NCBI RefSeq assembly: GCF_006345805.1
Contig: NC_043011.1
Span: 58,664,464-58,728,463, forward strand
Reading direction: 5' to 3'
DNA: 64,000 nt
Source: Octopus sinensis
Lineage: Eukaryota
In this document: one piece after another, positions 13,544 to 27,737 of the stretch
Position numbering within the stretch: the first letter of the stretch is position 1
How the letters are laid out: the number at the start of each line of letters is the position of its first letter
The notes under the pieces: model-generated
The model's database searches: none
What the model saw: only the letters and a program-made list of their open reading frames with translations
What the model was told of the DNA's origin: nothing
Translations under genes and position numbers: made by a program

Positions 13544-14227
13544 ATGGTATGTATGTATGTATATATATATATATGTAACAAGAATGTTATTGATAATGAC
13601 TTCGAAGGTTCGGCTAGCGACGCTATATTTGGTTTTTGAAATTACTGTCAAGAATATTCTTTTGTTAAGAGTAATTAATATTCACTCTAGAAATGTATGG
13701 ATTAACCCAGCAGATTAAGGTCAAATATTTTCATTAAAACTGAACACATAAAACAAACATTATATGTGATAGATAGATATAATTGCTCACACACACACAA
13801 ACACACACACTCACATACACGCACACATACACACTCACACACACAGAGGGAGAGACTCACACACTCACATACACGCACACACACACACACATGCATGTAG
13901 GTGGATTTGCGTTCCTTTTCTTCAAACCCTTTAATCGTCTATATAATTTTTCTATACATACATTTTTTTTTGTATTTCATGTATGTAATATACTATATAT
14001 ATTGCTCTGTCTAACGTGCCATTCCCTACATTCACTTCTGTATTGATATTTATATATATAACGAAGAAAAAATTACATAAGTATCCCCTGATACACCACA
14101 ACTAATTATCACTCAGATAGAGCGTCAGGAATATAAGACCAAGAAAGAGAAGACTAATTTATACATTAAATTTATACATATTTATACATTTTTATAATAT
14201 AACACACACACACACATACAAACAACA

Positions 14228-14645
14228 TTACTCTTTTACTCTTTTATTTGTTTCAGTCATTTGACTGCGGCCATGCTGGAGCACCACCTTTAGTCGAACA
14301 AATCGACCCCGGGACTTATTCTTTGTAAGCTCAGTACTTATTCTATCGGTCTCTTTTTGCCGAACAGCTATGTGACGGGGAGTAAACACACCAGCATCGG
14401 TTGTCAAGCAGTGGTGGGGGGACAAACACAGACACACAAACATATACACACATACACACATATATATATATATACATATATACGACAGGTTCCTTTTAGT
14501 TTCCGTCTACCAAATCCACTCACAAAGCATTGGTCGGCCCGAGGCTATAGTAGAAGACACTTGCCCAAGATGCCACGCAGTGGGACTGAACCCGGAACCA
14601 TGTGGTTGGTAAGCAAGCTACTTACCTCACAGCCACTCCTGCGCC
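14228..14645 (-). mobile_element. SINE family B, full length
   Basis: Reverse complement of the 8472 copy, including internal microsatellite and tail. Confidence 0.9.
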
Positions 14646-14827
14646 ACATATATATATAGATATATGAGTGCATATTTGTAGGCTGTAAATATATTGAGTA
14701 ATGAGAACACTGACTTATATATACTTATATATAAAATTTAGAAATAGCAGCCGAAAGACTACTATTTCCTTTTTCTCCACAGATAACAATATTTAAATTA
14801 ATAATCTTTCACCCTATATCTGTAATG

Positions 14828-14895
<68 letters not shown>

Positions 14896-15154
14896 GTGTG
14901 TATGTATGTATGTATGCATGTATAAATATATATATATATATATATTTATATATATGTGTGTGTGTATGTATCTATGTATTTATGTATATTTATGTATATT
15001 TGCGTGTGTGTATAAACGCACACAAACAAATATATATTTACATACATACCTGCAATCGGAAATTTATCGAAGTCAATATGTCCGTAGTTATCTCCTTCTT
15101 TCTCATTTTCTGTAACTCTTCAAATGCTTCTTTCCGTTCTATGTGCTTCTTTGC

Positions 15155-15157
<3 letters not shown>

Positions 15158-15242
<85 letters not shown>
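15158..15242. repeat. (GT)n microsatellite
   Basis: Directly visible. Confidence 0.95.
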
Positions 15243-15243
<1 letters not shown>

Positions 15244-15551
15244 ATCTTTGTGTATGAGTGTTTCTGTGTCTGTTTTCGTCTGTCTTTTGGGTTTGAATCG
15301 TGTTCATGTTTCAGAGCGCAATTTACCAACCTTTCTTCTCTATTTAAAAAAACAGAAATTCCTCCATTTTCTTATATTTTCTTCCCGTCTATAACTTCCG
15401 TAGAACACTCTGGCCTTCAAAAATTAAAGACTTCTTCCATTTGTCATGAGCGTCAACCAGATGCACAATGACTGTTCTTCTTTCACCTCGTTTTTATTTG
15501 TTCTTTATTCTGGGATCGTATATACATATACATACATACACACACACACAC

Positions 15552-15554
<3 letters not shown>

Positions 15555-15648
<94 letters not shown>

Positions 15649-15684
15649 ATCTATCTATCTATCTATCTATATATATGTATATAT

Positions 15685-15764
<80 letters not shown>
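15555..15764. repeat. (TCTA)n-(TA)n-(GA)n compound microsatellite
   Basis: Directly visible. Confidence 0.95.
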
Positions 15765-15769
<5 letters not shown>

Positions 15770-16156
15770 TGGCTGTGTGGTAAGTAGCTTGTTTACCGAC
15801 CACACGGTTCCGGGTTCTGTCCCACTGCGTGGCACCTTGGGTAAGTGTCCTCTACTATAGCCTCGGGCCTACCAAAGCCTTGTGAGTGGATTTGGTAGAC
15901 AGAAACTGAAAGAAGCCTGTCATATATATATGTATGTATGTGTATGTGTTTGTGTGTCTGTGTTTGTCCCCCTAGCATTGCTTGACAACCGATGCTGGTG
16001 TGTTTATGTCCCCGTTACATAGCGGTTCGGCAAAAGAGACGGATAGAATAAGTACTTGGCTTACAAAAGAATAAGTCCCGGAGTCGAGTTGCTCGATTAA
16101 AGGCGGTGCTCCAGCATGGCCACAGTCAAATGACTGAAACAGTGAAAGAGTAAGAG
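15765..16156 (+). mobile_element. SINE family B, full length
   Basis: aggagtggctgtgtggtaag head; ccagcatggccacagtcaaatgactgaaac tail. Confidence 0.9.
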
Positions 16157-16160
16157 TATA

Positions 16161-16214
<54 letters not shown>

Positions 16215-16661
16215 ATATATATATATATATATATACACATACAGACATACATATACACAAACACACACAAAAACAAAAATATATTGGGTATTGTGTATTT
16301 CGTTGACGCTCAGAAAAGATGGAAGAGGCTACCCATGCAGATAAATACCATTGCATCCCGTCAGTAATGATTGCGTAGGGAAAGACAAAGCTAATACAAC
16401 TTGTCGTCAATCTGGACGCCGAGGTTCCCCGTAGCATACAAAAGAAACAGATGCTAAAATCCTTATCTTCTGATTCACTCACAGAGAAATGCACCCGACG
16501 CTTACAAATGCTAACGTTTTATCGATCCATGAAAGGGAAATGACAAAACCAACTTCCGCATAATTTGATCCCAAAGCAAAGAGAATCGGAAAAGTTATGC
16601 TAAGCATTATGTTGATGTCATAGGCATACATATATATATATAACTATGTGTGTGTGTCTTT

Positions 16662-16703
<42 letters not shown>

Positions 16704-17128
16704 CTTAAAGCAACAAAATTTCTTATTAGTACGCATAGTCTAATTTATACACACATTTACATAAAGATTCACACACTCTTACCTCCATGCTAATTAACCG
16801 GCAGTATTGTATAAAAGATCGTTTGTAAGGCCAAAGCAACGCATGTCCACTCTACACACGCTCACACACGCACATCGGCAACATTTGTTAATTTCTTGAA
16901 AGTGAAAGCCATAACCCCGAAATATTAAGTTCAAAGTAAGTCTACATCAATTCATATATTTGTTTTCTTGTGATTTACCTTGCATTTACTTCGCATCATC
17001 TTTTATACTTACCCACCATCTTTTATACTATATATTCTACACAACGATTCATTAGAAGTATTCCAATATAACACCTGTAATATATATATACATACATACA
17101 CAGAGTGTGTTTGTACACATCAATGCAT

Positions 17129-17229
<101 letters not shown>

Positions 17230-17256
17230 TTTATTTTAAGCAGCAGAAAATTCAAC

Positions 17257-17304
17257 AAAATCTGTTACTCTGAGTTTCTCGTTGCCGTTCATCAGACAGA
17301 TTTT
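17257..17304 (-). ncRNA. Minimal type I hammerhead ribozyme motif
   Basis: aaaaucugu CUGAUGA a-cg-gcaa-cg-a GAAAC ucaga GUA acagauuuu; 9-bp helix I; palindromic ACUCAGAGU. Confidence 0.7.
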
Positions 17305-17315
17305 GCTAGAAAAAA

Positions 17316-17353
17316 CTGTCTGATGAACGGCAACGAGAAACTCAGAGTAACAG
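17316..17353 (+). ncRNA. Minimal type I hammerhead ribozyme motif (second arm)
   Basis: cugu CUGAUGA acggcaacga GAAAC ucaga GUA acag. Confidence 0.65.
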
Positions 17354-17800
17354 ATTTTGTTGAATTTTCTGCTGCTTAAAATAAAGCATATTACTCTACC
17401 ACTGGTATTTGAGTACTCCTTTTTCCACCTTGTTTCACATTTATGTGTTTACTCCGGTATATATATATATATATACATGTATATATGTTCTTGTCTTTGA
17501 ATAATAAGTTAGTTATTGAGGCCGATTACTGATGAGCATTCGCCTTGCGAAAATATTGTTTTGCTAAATTACCTATTAAAGGATGGCAAATAATATTATT
17601 TGCTAAAGCAATTTCCAGACCGTGGTATAACCGATAATGAATAATGAGGTAAAAGTTTTTTATTTTTCAACTCCGTCGAAAACTGCTTTTAAATCGTGGT
17701 TTTGGCCTTGTTGGTTGCTATTTCTGGCATGTAAAAATTACCTGTTAATGGGTAATTTTCTTTTGTGCTTAAATGTACATTAAAATATGTATGTATATAT

Positions 17801-18227
17801 ACTCTCTTACTCTTTTACTCTTTTACTTGTTTCAGTCATTTGACTGCGGCCATGCTGGAGCACCGCCTTTAATCGAGCAAGTCGACCACGGGATTTATTC
17901 TTTTGTAAGCCCAGTACTTATTCTATCAGTCTCTTTTTGCCGAACCGCTAAGTAACGGGGACATAAACACACCAGCATCGGTTGTCAAGCAATGCTAGGG
18001 GGACAAACACAGACACACACACATACACACACATATATATATATTATATATATATATATATATACGACATGCTTCTTTCAGTTTCCGTCTACCAAATCCA
18101 CTCACAAGGCATTGGTCGGCCCGGGGCTATAGCAGAAGACACTTGCCCAAGATACAACGCAGTGGGACTGAACCCGGAACCATGTGGTTGGTTAGCAAAC
18201 TACTTACCGCACAGTCACTCCTGCGCC
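17801..18227 (-). mobile_element. SINE family B, full length
   Basis: Reverse complement of the family B sequence. Confidence 0.9.
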
Positions 18228-18792
18228 TATATATATATATAATTATACATATACGCCCATATGTGAATATGAGCGTGTGCATGTGTGTATATGTGTGTGT
18301 GTGAGTGTGTGTGCATGTGTATTGAAAGCCGGTGATCTATGAGCATAAAATAACAGATAATAGGTAATATAGAGCTTCATATTAAGAAGACCAATATGCA
18401 GTAAAACTGAGTATTGCAAAATATGGCTATTTGATAAGCGACGAACAGCAAATGCAAATTGCTCGCTGCGTAATATATTGACACTGGCCGTTTTTGATGC
18501 TCTTATAAGTTTTAAGTTGAATCATTTCCAATATATTAATAAGAATGAATGAAATGAGAGAAACCACATAAAACTTCAAAGTTATCTCATGGGGATTCAG
18601 TTTCATGATGTCCATCTTGAAACTGATGTTATAAACTAACTTCCACATATTGTAGACGCTAAGTTAGAAATTTACGTGATTCATATATAATGATAGACAT
18701 TCAATATTGATTTCTTCCTTAGGCACAAGAGCGCAGACCAACCGTTTGTAATGGGCGGAATTGTTGTATGGCTAGACGACAGGTATGAAAGA

Positions 18793-19022
18793 GCCGGTGA
18801 GCTGGCGGAAACGTTAGCACGCCGGGCGAAATGCGTAGCCGTATTTCGTCTGCTGCTACGTTCTGAGTTCAAATTCCGCCGAGGTCGACTTTGCCTTTCA
18901 TCCTTTCGGGGTCGATTAAGTAAGTACCAGTTACGCACTGGGGTCGATATAATCGACTTAATCCGTTTGTCTGTCCTTGTTAGTCCCCTCTATGTTTAGC
19001 CCCTTGTGGGTAGTAAAGAAAT
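18793..19022 (+). mobile_element. SINE family A, full length
   Basis: gagctggcggaaacgttagc ... gagttcaaattccgccgaggtcgactttgcctttcatcctttcggggtcga ... gtagtaaagaaata. Confidence 0.92.
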
Positions 19023-19084
19023 AGGTAAGTTGTTCACGCCGAAAACCGCCTACTGCTGTGTTGTATTGTATTGGATTTTTATTT

Positions 19085-19802
19085 TAAGTGTGAGTTTGGT
19101 CTTTGGTCGTGGAGATGAAGGGTTCTTCCATTGTGACCACTGCTGTGTTGTCTGTGCGTAGTACCCGTAGACCCAACTCTCATCACCGGTGATAATCTTC
19201 GACATGAATGTTGGGTCATCAGCAGCACACTGACGGAGGTTTTGACGGATTCGACGCGATGCATTTTTTCTGCTGAGTGGTCAGTATCTCGGGGGCAAAT
19301 TCAGCAGAGACACGCCTCATTTTTAGGATTCACACGTCAGGATTTCTTGCACGGAACAATAAAACAGAAAAAATATCAACAATGTCGTTGATTGTCCTTC
19401 GACGATCTTCAGTCAAAATGTAATGAATTTTGTCCACACTTCCTGCTATGACACTCGTGCCAAGCCTTCCAGTTGTTCGGTCATCGTCTTGCAAGAATGT
19501 TTGACCGCTTTAAACATTGCGTACGACCCATTCCTTGTCACAGCACGTCCCAAGTTTAACGCAAAAAATCACGTTGGGTTTTTTTGCTTCAACTTCCCGT
19601 CGATAACAAAATCGCAGACTACAGCATAGATGTGATCAGAAAAAACATAAATTTTACAATTTGAAAATTAAACACTGCAGTGTCCCTCGACACACTGCCA
19701 CGTGAAGGTCACTGCTATCTCTCACTGAGCACGCATTCGTGTTCAACCATTTGCCGGCGTGCTACAGAACTATTCGGGGAACTTGTTCATATACCTCGTG
19801 CA
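19085..19802 (-). pseudogene. Mariner (Tc1/mariner) transposase relic, 5' half with TIR-like end
   Basis: Minus-strand peptides DDRTTGRLGTSVIAGSVDKIHYILTEDRRRTINDIVD and DPTFMSKIITGDESWVYGY...QWKNPSSPRPK; end cacgaggtatatgaacaagttccccgaat resembles a mariner TIR; frameshifted. Confidence 0.85.
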
Positions 19803-22269
19803 TACTTCTAGGTTTTGAAGTCACATGCTTGATAGTAGAGAGATTACTTTTGATGTTTAAAGCGGTTAATTGAATAAAATATGTTCACAGCATTAACTTG
19901 AAGTCACTTCCATCTACGTCGTAATTTATTTATTTTACATTTTCAAAGCAAGAAATTAAATTTGCAATAAAGAGAAATGTTTTTTTCTTTCTTTTTGAAA
20001 GCATTTACAGCTGTAATATTCTCTAAATTATCAAACTTGAGTAATTCGTTAATCCAATAATAATCTATATCATGCATTGTACTGTAAACTATATTATTTC
20101 AGATTATCAACGTGCATGGTAGTGTTAATTAAATATCAATTATATTATTATATTTTTCGCTATTATTTGTCACATGATGACGTTTCAAAAGTGTCAGGAA
20201 ATAAAATATTGTGCTTTTTATATATTTCTCAATCGTATACGTTGTGTGTATGAAGTGAAACGACTTCAACCAGGTTGCAGTCTTGGTTCAGTGAGAAATT
20301 ATTTCGTATTTCTCGTCATTCACCCATTCTAGAAACTAATATTATACTTGATTTAGTTTTAGTTGAATCATAACTTCTTACAAGAAAAGCATGAAATACC
20401 AAGAAAAACAAATTAAATCACGTTAAAGAAAGACAGAGAGAGAGACAGAGTCAATAAACAGAGGGACAGAGAGAGATAGAGGACAACTTTAGAGAGCAAT
20501 TTGGATCTCCCCTCACAATGACGAAATTGAGATAAGCTTTACGTTTTATTTAATGAACCGTTGGATTAATTCTAGATTAAAATCTCTTTCACTATCTTGA
20601 TATTAATTTTCAAATTTCTAAACTGAACACAATCAGACAGTGTTGCATTGTCTAGCAATTACTTCCAGTTGATAAAGTATCACGCTTCTGTAATTATTTA
20701 AGCAGCTACTTAGATAATATATTGTTCCACCATTTCCCTGCAGGTCATACGCATAAATCATATCCACTTTTAGCATTAAATTCCATAAATAGCTAAAGGA
20801 AAACGATTGGAATTTTGAAATATTATAGCAAATAGTTTAATTCTTGAAAATTGATTGTTTGACTTCAGGTCATTAGGATTATTGCTATCAACATTGTTAA
20901 GGTTTCTGCAGACTGCCTTTTACATCCCTTACCGTTTTTTTTTTACTTGCAATATTCCATTGTTTCAGGACGTAGACATTAGTTTTCAGAAATAACACTT
21001 ATTTCAGAACAAACCGTTACTACACTCTAGTTGTATGATGATTGAAATTTTATATTTGTGCAGTTGTTGAACTTAACTAAAGAGCTAATTAATTAGTCTT
21101 TAATCAAAATAGATATTATACAAGAATTTTGTGTTCTATCTATAATCCAGAGCCAACCTATGGAATTGTAAAATTATCAAGAATCAGATAAATTGGTATT
21201 ATTTCATCTTATATCTACCCATTACCTGTCTGCTTATTACACCGTTATGTCTTTACAATTCTTATTTTCAATGTACGATATTGTAAACTGAAATAATTAA
21301 TCAATTATCGTACGTGCAAACGTAGATTTGCTATGTGAATGACAATCAACGCCGTTTTACAAAACATTTAAATTTCGATCATGAAACTCTGTTATCACCG
21401 AGATGCTAAACTAAACTACTTACTTTATCAGAAATATATTAATGCTTGTAAAATTCTTACTGATTCCGCTGGAAACTTGAAACTGAATTATAAAATGTTG
21501 ATGAATGTAGTTTAGAAAGATAAATTGATGAGCAGCAAAAGAAATTCATTTCCTTCGTACTATATTATTCAGATATTTCATCCGCTTGTCCTACCATGTG
21601 TCAGATGTTTTGGATAGCTTTACAAGTGGCTTGCTTTTCTATGGCTACCAGCGACTATGGCTGCTAGACTATAATTGCATAATGACAGAGAATCGAATCT
21701 CACTGTTGCTTCAGTTAACAGGCGGATTGATCCTATTCTAGATAAGAACTTATTGGCATGTTCTCAAAGGAGCAACAATAATCAGAAAGAGGATGTGAAT
21801 CGCGAAGCTCTGGTCTGGTTGATTCTAATCATTATTCTTGCCAATTCTTTCTTGATTAAGTTGACCAACCTGTTTTGGGAATGTACTTAACGTCGCTATT
21901 GACGCATTAGAATAATTATAATACAAAAGAATCTATTTATTTGCATTTGTACTATCATTTAATATACATTAAAATTTTCCTTCAGAGAGTTGAAAAATTG
22001 TAAAGAGATTATGAACTGAAGCGTTCCTGTTAACGATCACTCTAAGCAACAATTTAAAATTTGGACTATTTCTTTTTATATCCCAACCAGCGAAGTGAAT
22101 TGAGTTTTCTAACAAGAGTTACTTGAAGTACTACCGTTTCAACAACAATGTATCTAATATTATGAATAATGTAAATTTTAATATCCCACAAATAAACAAA
22201 AGTGATTCACCATACAATACATACAAACACCCCTAATCCTTTGCAAGTTTTGCTCATATCTTTCGAGTA

Positions 22270-22770
22270 AGAGGACAACCATCTTGTAGACATCATCGAC
22301 GACTTCGAAGCAAACATCTTTTCGGGGATTGTAACCCAAGTTGAAACCTCCAGTGCAGAAACAAACCAAATATTTTGCTCTACTTATGTCACCAAAACGT
22401 ATATACATTTATGACAAACTCGTCGACATTCCGAAGACCCTTCGGTATTTATTTACATCTAGTCTTAAACACTGTCAAATCCCTTCTTTTTTTTCTGTGC
22501 AGATTTAATTAATCTTTCAGAATTTTCGTGGCTACCCCTGATACAGTGTAACACTTTTGCACCTATCTTCTTGTCTGACTTTTCCACTGTTCCCAAACGT
22601 CAGGTTCTGATGGGTTTTTACTGATACCTTACTAAACCAACAATGGAGTGTTCCCTACAGACTATTTTCTTACCTTATCACTCATTGTTTACATGAATGA
22701 TGTTGACTAACTACTACAGACATAGACTTGCAACTGTTCCAGAGGAACGTAAACTAGTTTGGTGTGACTG
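22270..22770 (+). pseudogene. Heavily decayed CR1/L2/Jockey-group LINE reverse transcriptase fragment
   Basis: Broken motifs in the expected order: EDNHLVDIIDDFEA (cf. VDxIYLDFxKAFD), NNGV and IVYMNDV (cf. SGVPQG..IYMND), ctgttccagaggaacgtaaacta (cf. LFADDxKL). Confidence 0.45.
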
Positions 22771-23590
22771 GTTTCACATCTGCTATGACGGAAACAAGTA
22801 GCATTCCATCGAATTTCATTGGTTCTTGGGGTTGCATCATATAATTACGAAAGATCCGTGGTTGTATAAGGGAATCACTCCTGAGACATCAGAATCTAAT
22901 ACTAGTTTAGTTATGCTCTGAGAAATATCTCTGCACTGCAGACACACACCACTAACTTACGGTCACAGATGGCTAATTCATAGATGCGTCACAATTGACG
23001 TTAAAACTTAAAATTTAATGCAATAAAGAAATGCCATCAATTCTTTGAAATTGCATGGCGTTTATTCAGAAATGTCCAGAAATGGACTTCCGATAAAACC
23101 ATCATCCCAAAAGCGAAGACATGTAATGACCCCTCCCCTCATTCTTTTTGAAACAATGGTAGTTCTATAAACCGTAATACCATGGAATAAACCTCTACAT
23201 GGTCACCTCATTTCAATTTTAGACTCACAATACATACATTAAGAATATACACTCCAAACGTAACCTTCCCATTACAACACGATACCCACCATGTACGTAA
23301 AATATGAAGAGGGAACGTGCCTTCAGCTCAACATGGTAGTCAGCTCTGAAAATCGTCCAGTCATTTCCATCAAACACTATATACCAAAACGAACCCTTAT
23401 ATTAGAAAAAACGAAATTCATTTAACCCATGCATTGAAAAGTACATTATGTATAGGATAATATTGTCGTATTTACTTGTGGAAATCCAACAGCATCTAGC
23501 TTCTTTGTCCAGCTCAAACATCGTCTTGAAACCAATTAATACTATTCTTTTCTTCACTTTAATATTTTGGCACAAGAACAGCAATTGCGT

Positions 23591-23765
23591 GGAGGGGTAA
23601 GTCGATTACATCGACATTTGTACCCACAGGTACTAATTGTATCGATTCCGAAGGGATTTAAGACAGAGTCGACCTCGGCAGAATTTGACCTTGCAACGTA
23701 AAGACTAACGAAAGAGGGCAAAAGCATTTTGTCTGCTATGTTAACGAATCGGCTTGTTTGTTGCC
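23591..23765 (-). mobile_element. Decayed SINE family A
   Basis: aagtcgattacatcgac ... gtcgacctcggcagaatttga. Confidence 0.65.
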
Positions 23766-24728
23766 TCGTCTGTTCGTAAAAGTGTATCTTATTTAGATAA
23801 AGTAAACGAACACCATCTCTTTGCAGCGGTATTTTGAAGATTATTCAAAAGCCCATGTCTGATAAAAATATAAAATCATCAAAATCTATCATAATTTATT
23901 TTAGCTAATTTTAGTGTTCCCTGTAACACAAGCTTATGAAATCCGTGTAAATATAACTGTTCCATCGAAGAATGAAGTTGATGCCCACCTTGTAAACCTT
24001 TGTGCAGCTATCATGCTGCTACCTGTAGGGCTTATAAATGATTTATTTTGATATGAATATCAATCATGTTTCTAGCATTGATTGAACAATTTTCAGAAGA
24101 TGAGAAGACGTTTTGATCGTTTAAATATGTAAGAGTGAATCAAACGTGGCGAGTATATGAATTCTGAATATCTGTAATTGGAACTAAACCCTAAATAATG
24201 TTGGGCATTCAATCTAGTACTATAAACACATTCCAACTTCACAGAGTTTCTTTCTTTCCTTCTTTCAGAAAACTAGTTTAACCTGAGTGGCATTTTCTTT
24301 CCATTATGGGTGCTACAATCAAACCTGCCATACATAATGTGACAATGTTTCCATTTTTGATGGAATCAACCAAATTTCGCCTTTGTTGCAAAATCAATGT
24401 TCTTTTGATGTTGATCCTTTTCTGCTTAAATTGCAGTTCACTCACTTTCTAATTCTCTTCTGCCTGTCTGTCCCTCTTCTCTCTCTCTCTCTCTCACTTT
24501 GCTTCTGTCACTCTGCCTCTCTCCTTACCTTTCTTCTTCGTACATTATGCAGACTTCCTTCATCTCTTTGGAGATTTGTATCGACATTTGTGTACTTTCT
24601 CTTACATCTCTGAAATTATGCCCAGAGAATACTTATATGTTCCTTGAGCTAGTTACCATTATGTTTGGTCTTTCAAAAGCTCTTGCTCCAAATCCGGCCG
24701 CTCTTTTAGTTGAAGGGATATATATATA

Positions 24729-24776
<48 letters not shown>

Positions 24777-26049
24777 ATTTTTTAACAATTACATCTGCGC
24801 CATTGTTCCATTATCTATTAGTATAATAAACGAAAGATGCAGAAAACAAAGTGTTTTGGCTTCGATACTAACTTCTGTCAATAATTTGTTACCATAGTTC
24901 TAACAATTTCAATAGCAGCATAAAATACATAATTCCGCTCAACAAAAAGGGTGTCATTATGCAAGACCCTTTGAAGCTCATAAACAAACCGTAATAATAA
25001 TAGTTTCCACTTAAGCAACAAAGTATACATTCATGAATGTGGTAATGAAAATCCGTGACAAGTGAGACAGGTAAGAGCGAAAATTCTTTCATTCTTCTAA
25101 CATTACATGCAATAATAAGCTTTATATTGTACACATGAATATATGGCAAACCGTTTGAGTTGTTTCAGTGTGAGTTCAATGACTTACGCTACTTGATCTG
25201 AGTTCAAATTCTTCTCTGGTCAATAATGTCACATTTACATTTCCGGTTAGGTTAAACTCAAGGCGGAAAGTGTTGTGTCAGATATTTTTGCTCCTTATGG
25301 TCTGATACCAACGCATTTGACGGAGAATGTTGAGATGAACGGAAACTTAGAATTCCCTCGGAGAGCATCGCTAAAAAGGAGATACGCCACTACCTTGCCA
25401 ACATCTGCTGCATGGGGAAAAAGTCTCTGAATGGAGACATGCGAAGTACCAGTACGTAAATACATGCCTACGTCCATACATGTATATGCGTGTGTGTGCA
25501 AACACCAGGAATGAGGATAGAGAAAAAGGAAAGAAAGAGAGAGAGAGAGGGGGACAGAGGGAGAGAGAGACAAAGATAGACAGAGACGCCTGAGATTTGA
25601 TTTCGAGAAATTTGCTGTCTTACTTAAACATGAATAACAAGGATGTGGCATTTCATTACTGCTAGGGAACTACGTACGTTTTCAAAGATGATGCAATGGT
25701 AGGTGGCTCTTGATACGGCTGTTCACCAATTTTACCACTTCACGAGGACACACAACTTCATTCAATCATGGAATTTCTGAAAGAGCGATTTGGCTTTTAT
25801 TTGTTCCTGTGGCTAAACATATAAAGCGTGAGACGTAATAGGATTATTAAAAATCAAGCTTTGTGCTTGCCTGAACCACTCTAAACGGAAGAAAGGCTTT
25901 GCGCTGAGACAATATCCAATTCTTCGGATAATATACGCACTCGTTCAAATACCAGGAGCTGGTGTACATCATTGGATGCAACCGAAGCCACAGGCATTAC
26001 ACCCTTCGCATATACATACATACACACACACACACACATATATATATAT

Positions 26050-26436
26050 ACTAGCAGTATCGCCCGGCGTTGCTCAGGTTTGTAAGGGAAATAACTATAA
26101 AGCATTTTTAGAGAGTTATAGCCAAAAAATAGCAAAAAAATGGAAAAAAACGATGGTAATTTTTTTTTTGACATTTAAAAAAGGTAGAGTTGCGTCCCCT
26201 AGACTGTTTGTGGTTCGTATTCCTGATTCTCAACCCCATGTCGAATTTATCGATTTCTTTCAGAACTGGGGGAACTTTTCAAAATTTTCGCTGCGTTAGT
26301 TTTGAATTATGACATTGGGCTATGTGTGTGTCAAGTTTCATCAGAATCGGTTGAAAGCCGTGGTCAGAGTGAGGGTACAAGCAAACAGACACACAGAAAC
26401 ACGCACAGACAAACTGCCGTTTATATAGAGAGAGAT
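26050..26436 (+). mobile_element. Non-autonomous rolling-circle-type element (Lep1/HINE-like Helitron derivative)
   Basis: Starts ACTAGcagtatcgcccggcgttgctc, contains aagtttcatcagaatcgg and acagac repeats, ends ttatatagagagagat; architecture typical of Lep1-like elements. Confidence 0.65.
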
Positions 26437-27309
26437 ATATATATATATAGAGAGAGAGGGGGAGAGAGAGAGAGAGAGATAGAAGGAAAACATGGAGAAG
26501 AAAATGAGCCTAAATAGATGTAATTACTGATCCATTTGCTTGTTTTTTTTAAAAGCGTATGAGCCACTCTATGCTTTGTATTTCTTATCCTATTCTCGTT
26601 AACCTCTCAACTGCATTCACATAGGGACTTACACGCCCTCATCAATGACGGTCGACAAGTAAGCCCGGCTGAACAAGCATTACATCGATTTTTTTCAAAT
26701 GTCTATCCACCCTGATTCATGTCAACATATTTCTCAATTAGAATTATCCATGTAATTTAGATTTATTGTAAATCAATTTATTTGTTTACTAATTATAATA
26801 TTTTGTATATGTGTGTAGTATACCCACAATTATTGAAAGTCTACCAATCAAATAGAGTCACTAAACATAGTTTTTTTAATTTAACCTGTTAACGCTGCAC
26901 ACTTAATGATCGCCTAAGTGGAGTTAGCACTCTTTGAACCCTGAAGCCGTCCAACCATCAAATAGTATGAATGTGGCAATTTCCTTGATATTTAACACCA
27001 TGTTTAGGATATTCCCATTTAGATGCTAGCTTGACAGAATCATATATATAGGCGTTTCATACGTTTTTTCTTAACCTTTCCAATTTATTTGTATTTTTTT
27101 AAAATACATCATTGGAAAATAAGGAAAAAAGATCATTAATTACATTCATTTATTCTCCATTTTCTTCTCCTTGTTTTTTCCCCAATATTTTTTTAAAATT
27201 CCAAATATCCTAAACATATACAAATGATCTTACGATTATATGATACGGATAGAAGCAGTGGAATAACTTGGATTATCTAATACCCAATGAGAACATAACT
27301 TCCTCGGTA

Positions 27310-27362
<53 letters not shown>

Positions 27363-27365
27363 TAT

Positions 27366-27658
27366 GGTCTAACGCGCTACACGTCTCGATTTAACTTAGG
27401 TGTCTCGCTGATGAAACCGACCTTAGCATACATATTCTGTTTGTTTTGCTAGAAAGAGGTAGAAACTGATCAGTCCGAGATGTATCATTAATGGTAAATG
27501 TTTTTGATTTTCACTCTATCCTTTTTTTGTGCCCCTAGCACTTGGCATCCTTATTTAGGAGCCCTTAATTATATTTGTATATGAATAATATTTTGTCTAA
27601 TGACTAATTCGTCTTTTGTGCCGGGCCACTGGTAGTAATCCATATTATTACCCTTGTT

Positions 27659-27660
<2 letters not shown>
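27366..27660 (+). mobile_element. (TA)n-flanked element carrying a hammerhead motif
   Basis: (TA)n on both sides; hammerhead near the 5' end followed by ~180-nt tail. Confidence 0.6.
27401..27482 (+). ncRNA. Type I hammerhead ribozyme motif with extended helix II
   Basis: ugucucg CUGAUGA a acc...uuagca...ugcuag...ggu a GAAAC ugauca GUC cgagaug; perfect palindrome ACUGAUCAGU; GUC site ends at 27475. Confidence 0.75.

Positions 27661-27737
<77 letters not shown>

Larger units (their letters stand above)
17230..17457. mobile_element. (TA)n-embedded foldback element with two hammerhead copies (Penelope-like pLTR derivative, inferred)
   Basis: Inverted arms ~17230-17305 and ~17311-17385, single-copy tail to 17457; second copy at 39685-39931. 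Confidence 0.75.

Noticed and set aside
17525-17565. CUGAUGA-gca...ugc-GAAA motif
   Set aside because: The triplet after helix III would be UUG (G is not allowed at position 17) and helix I does not form.
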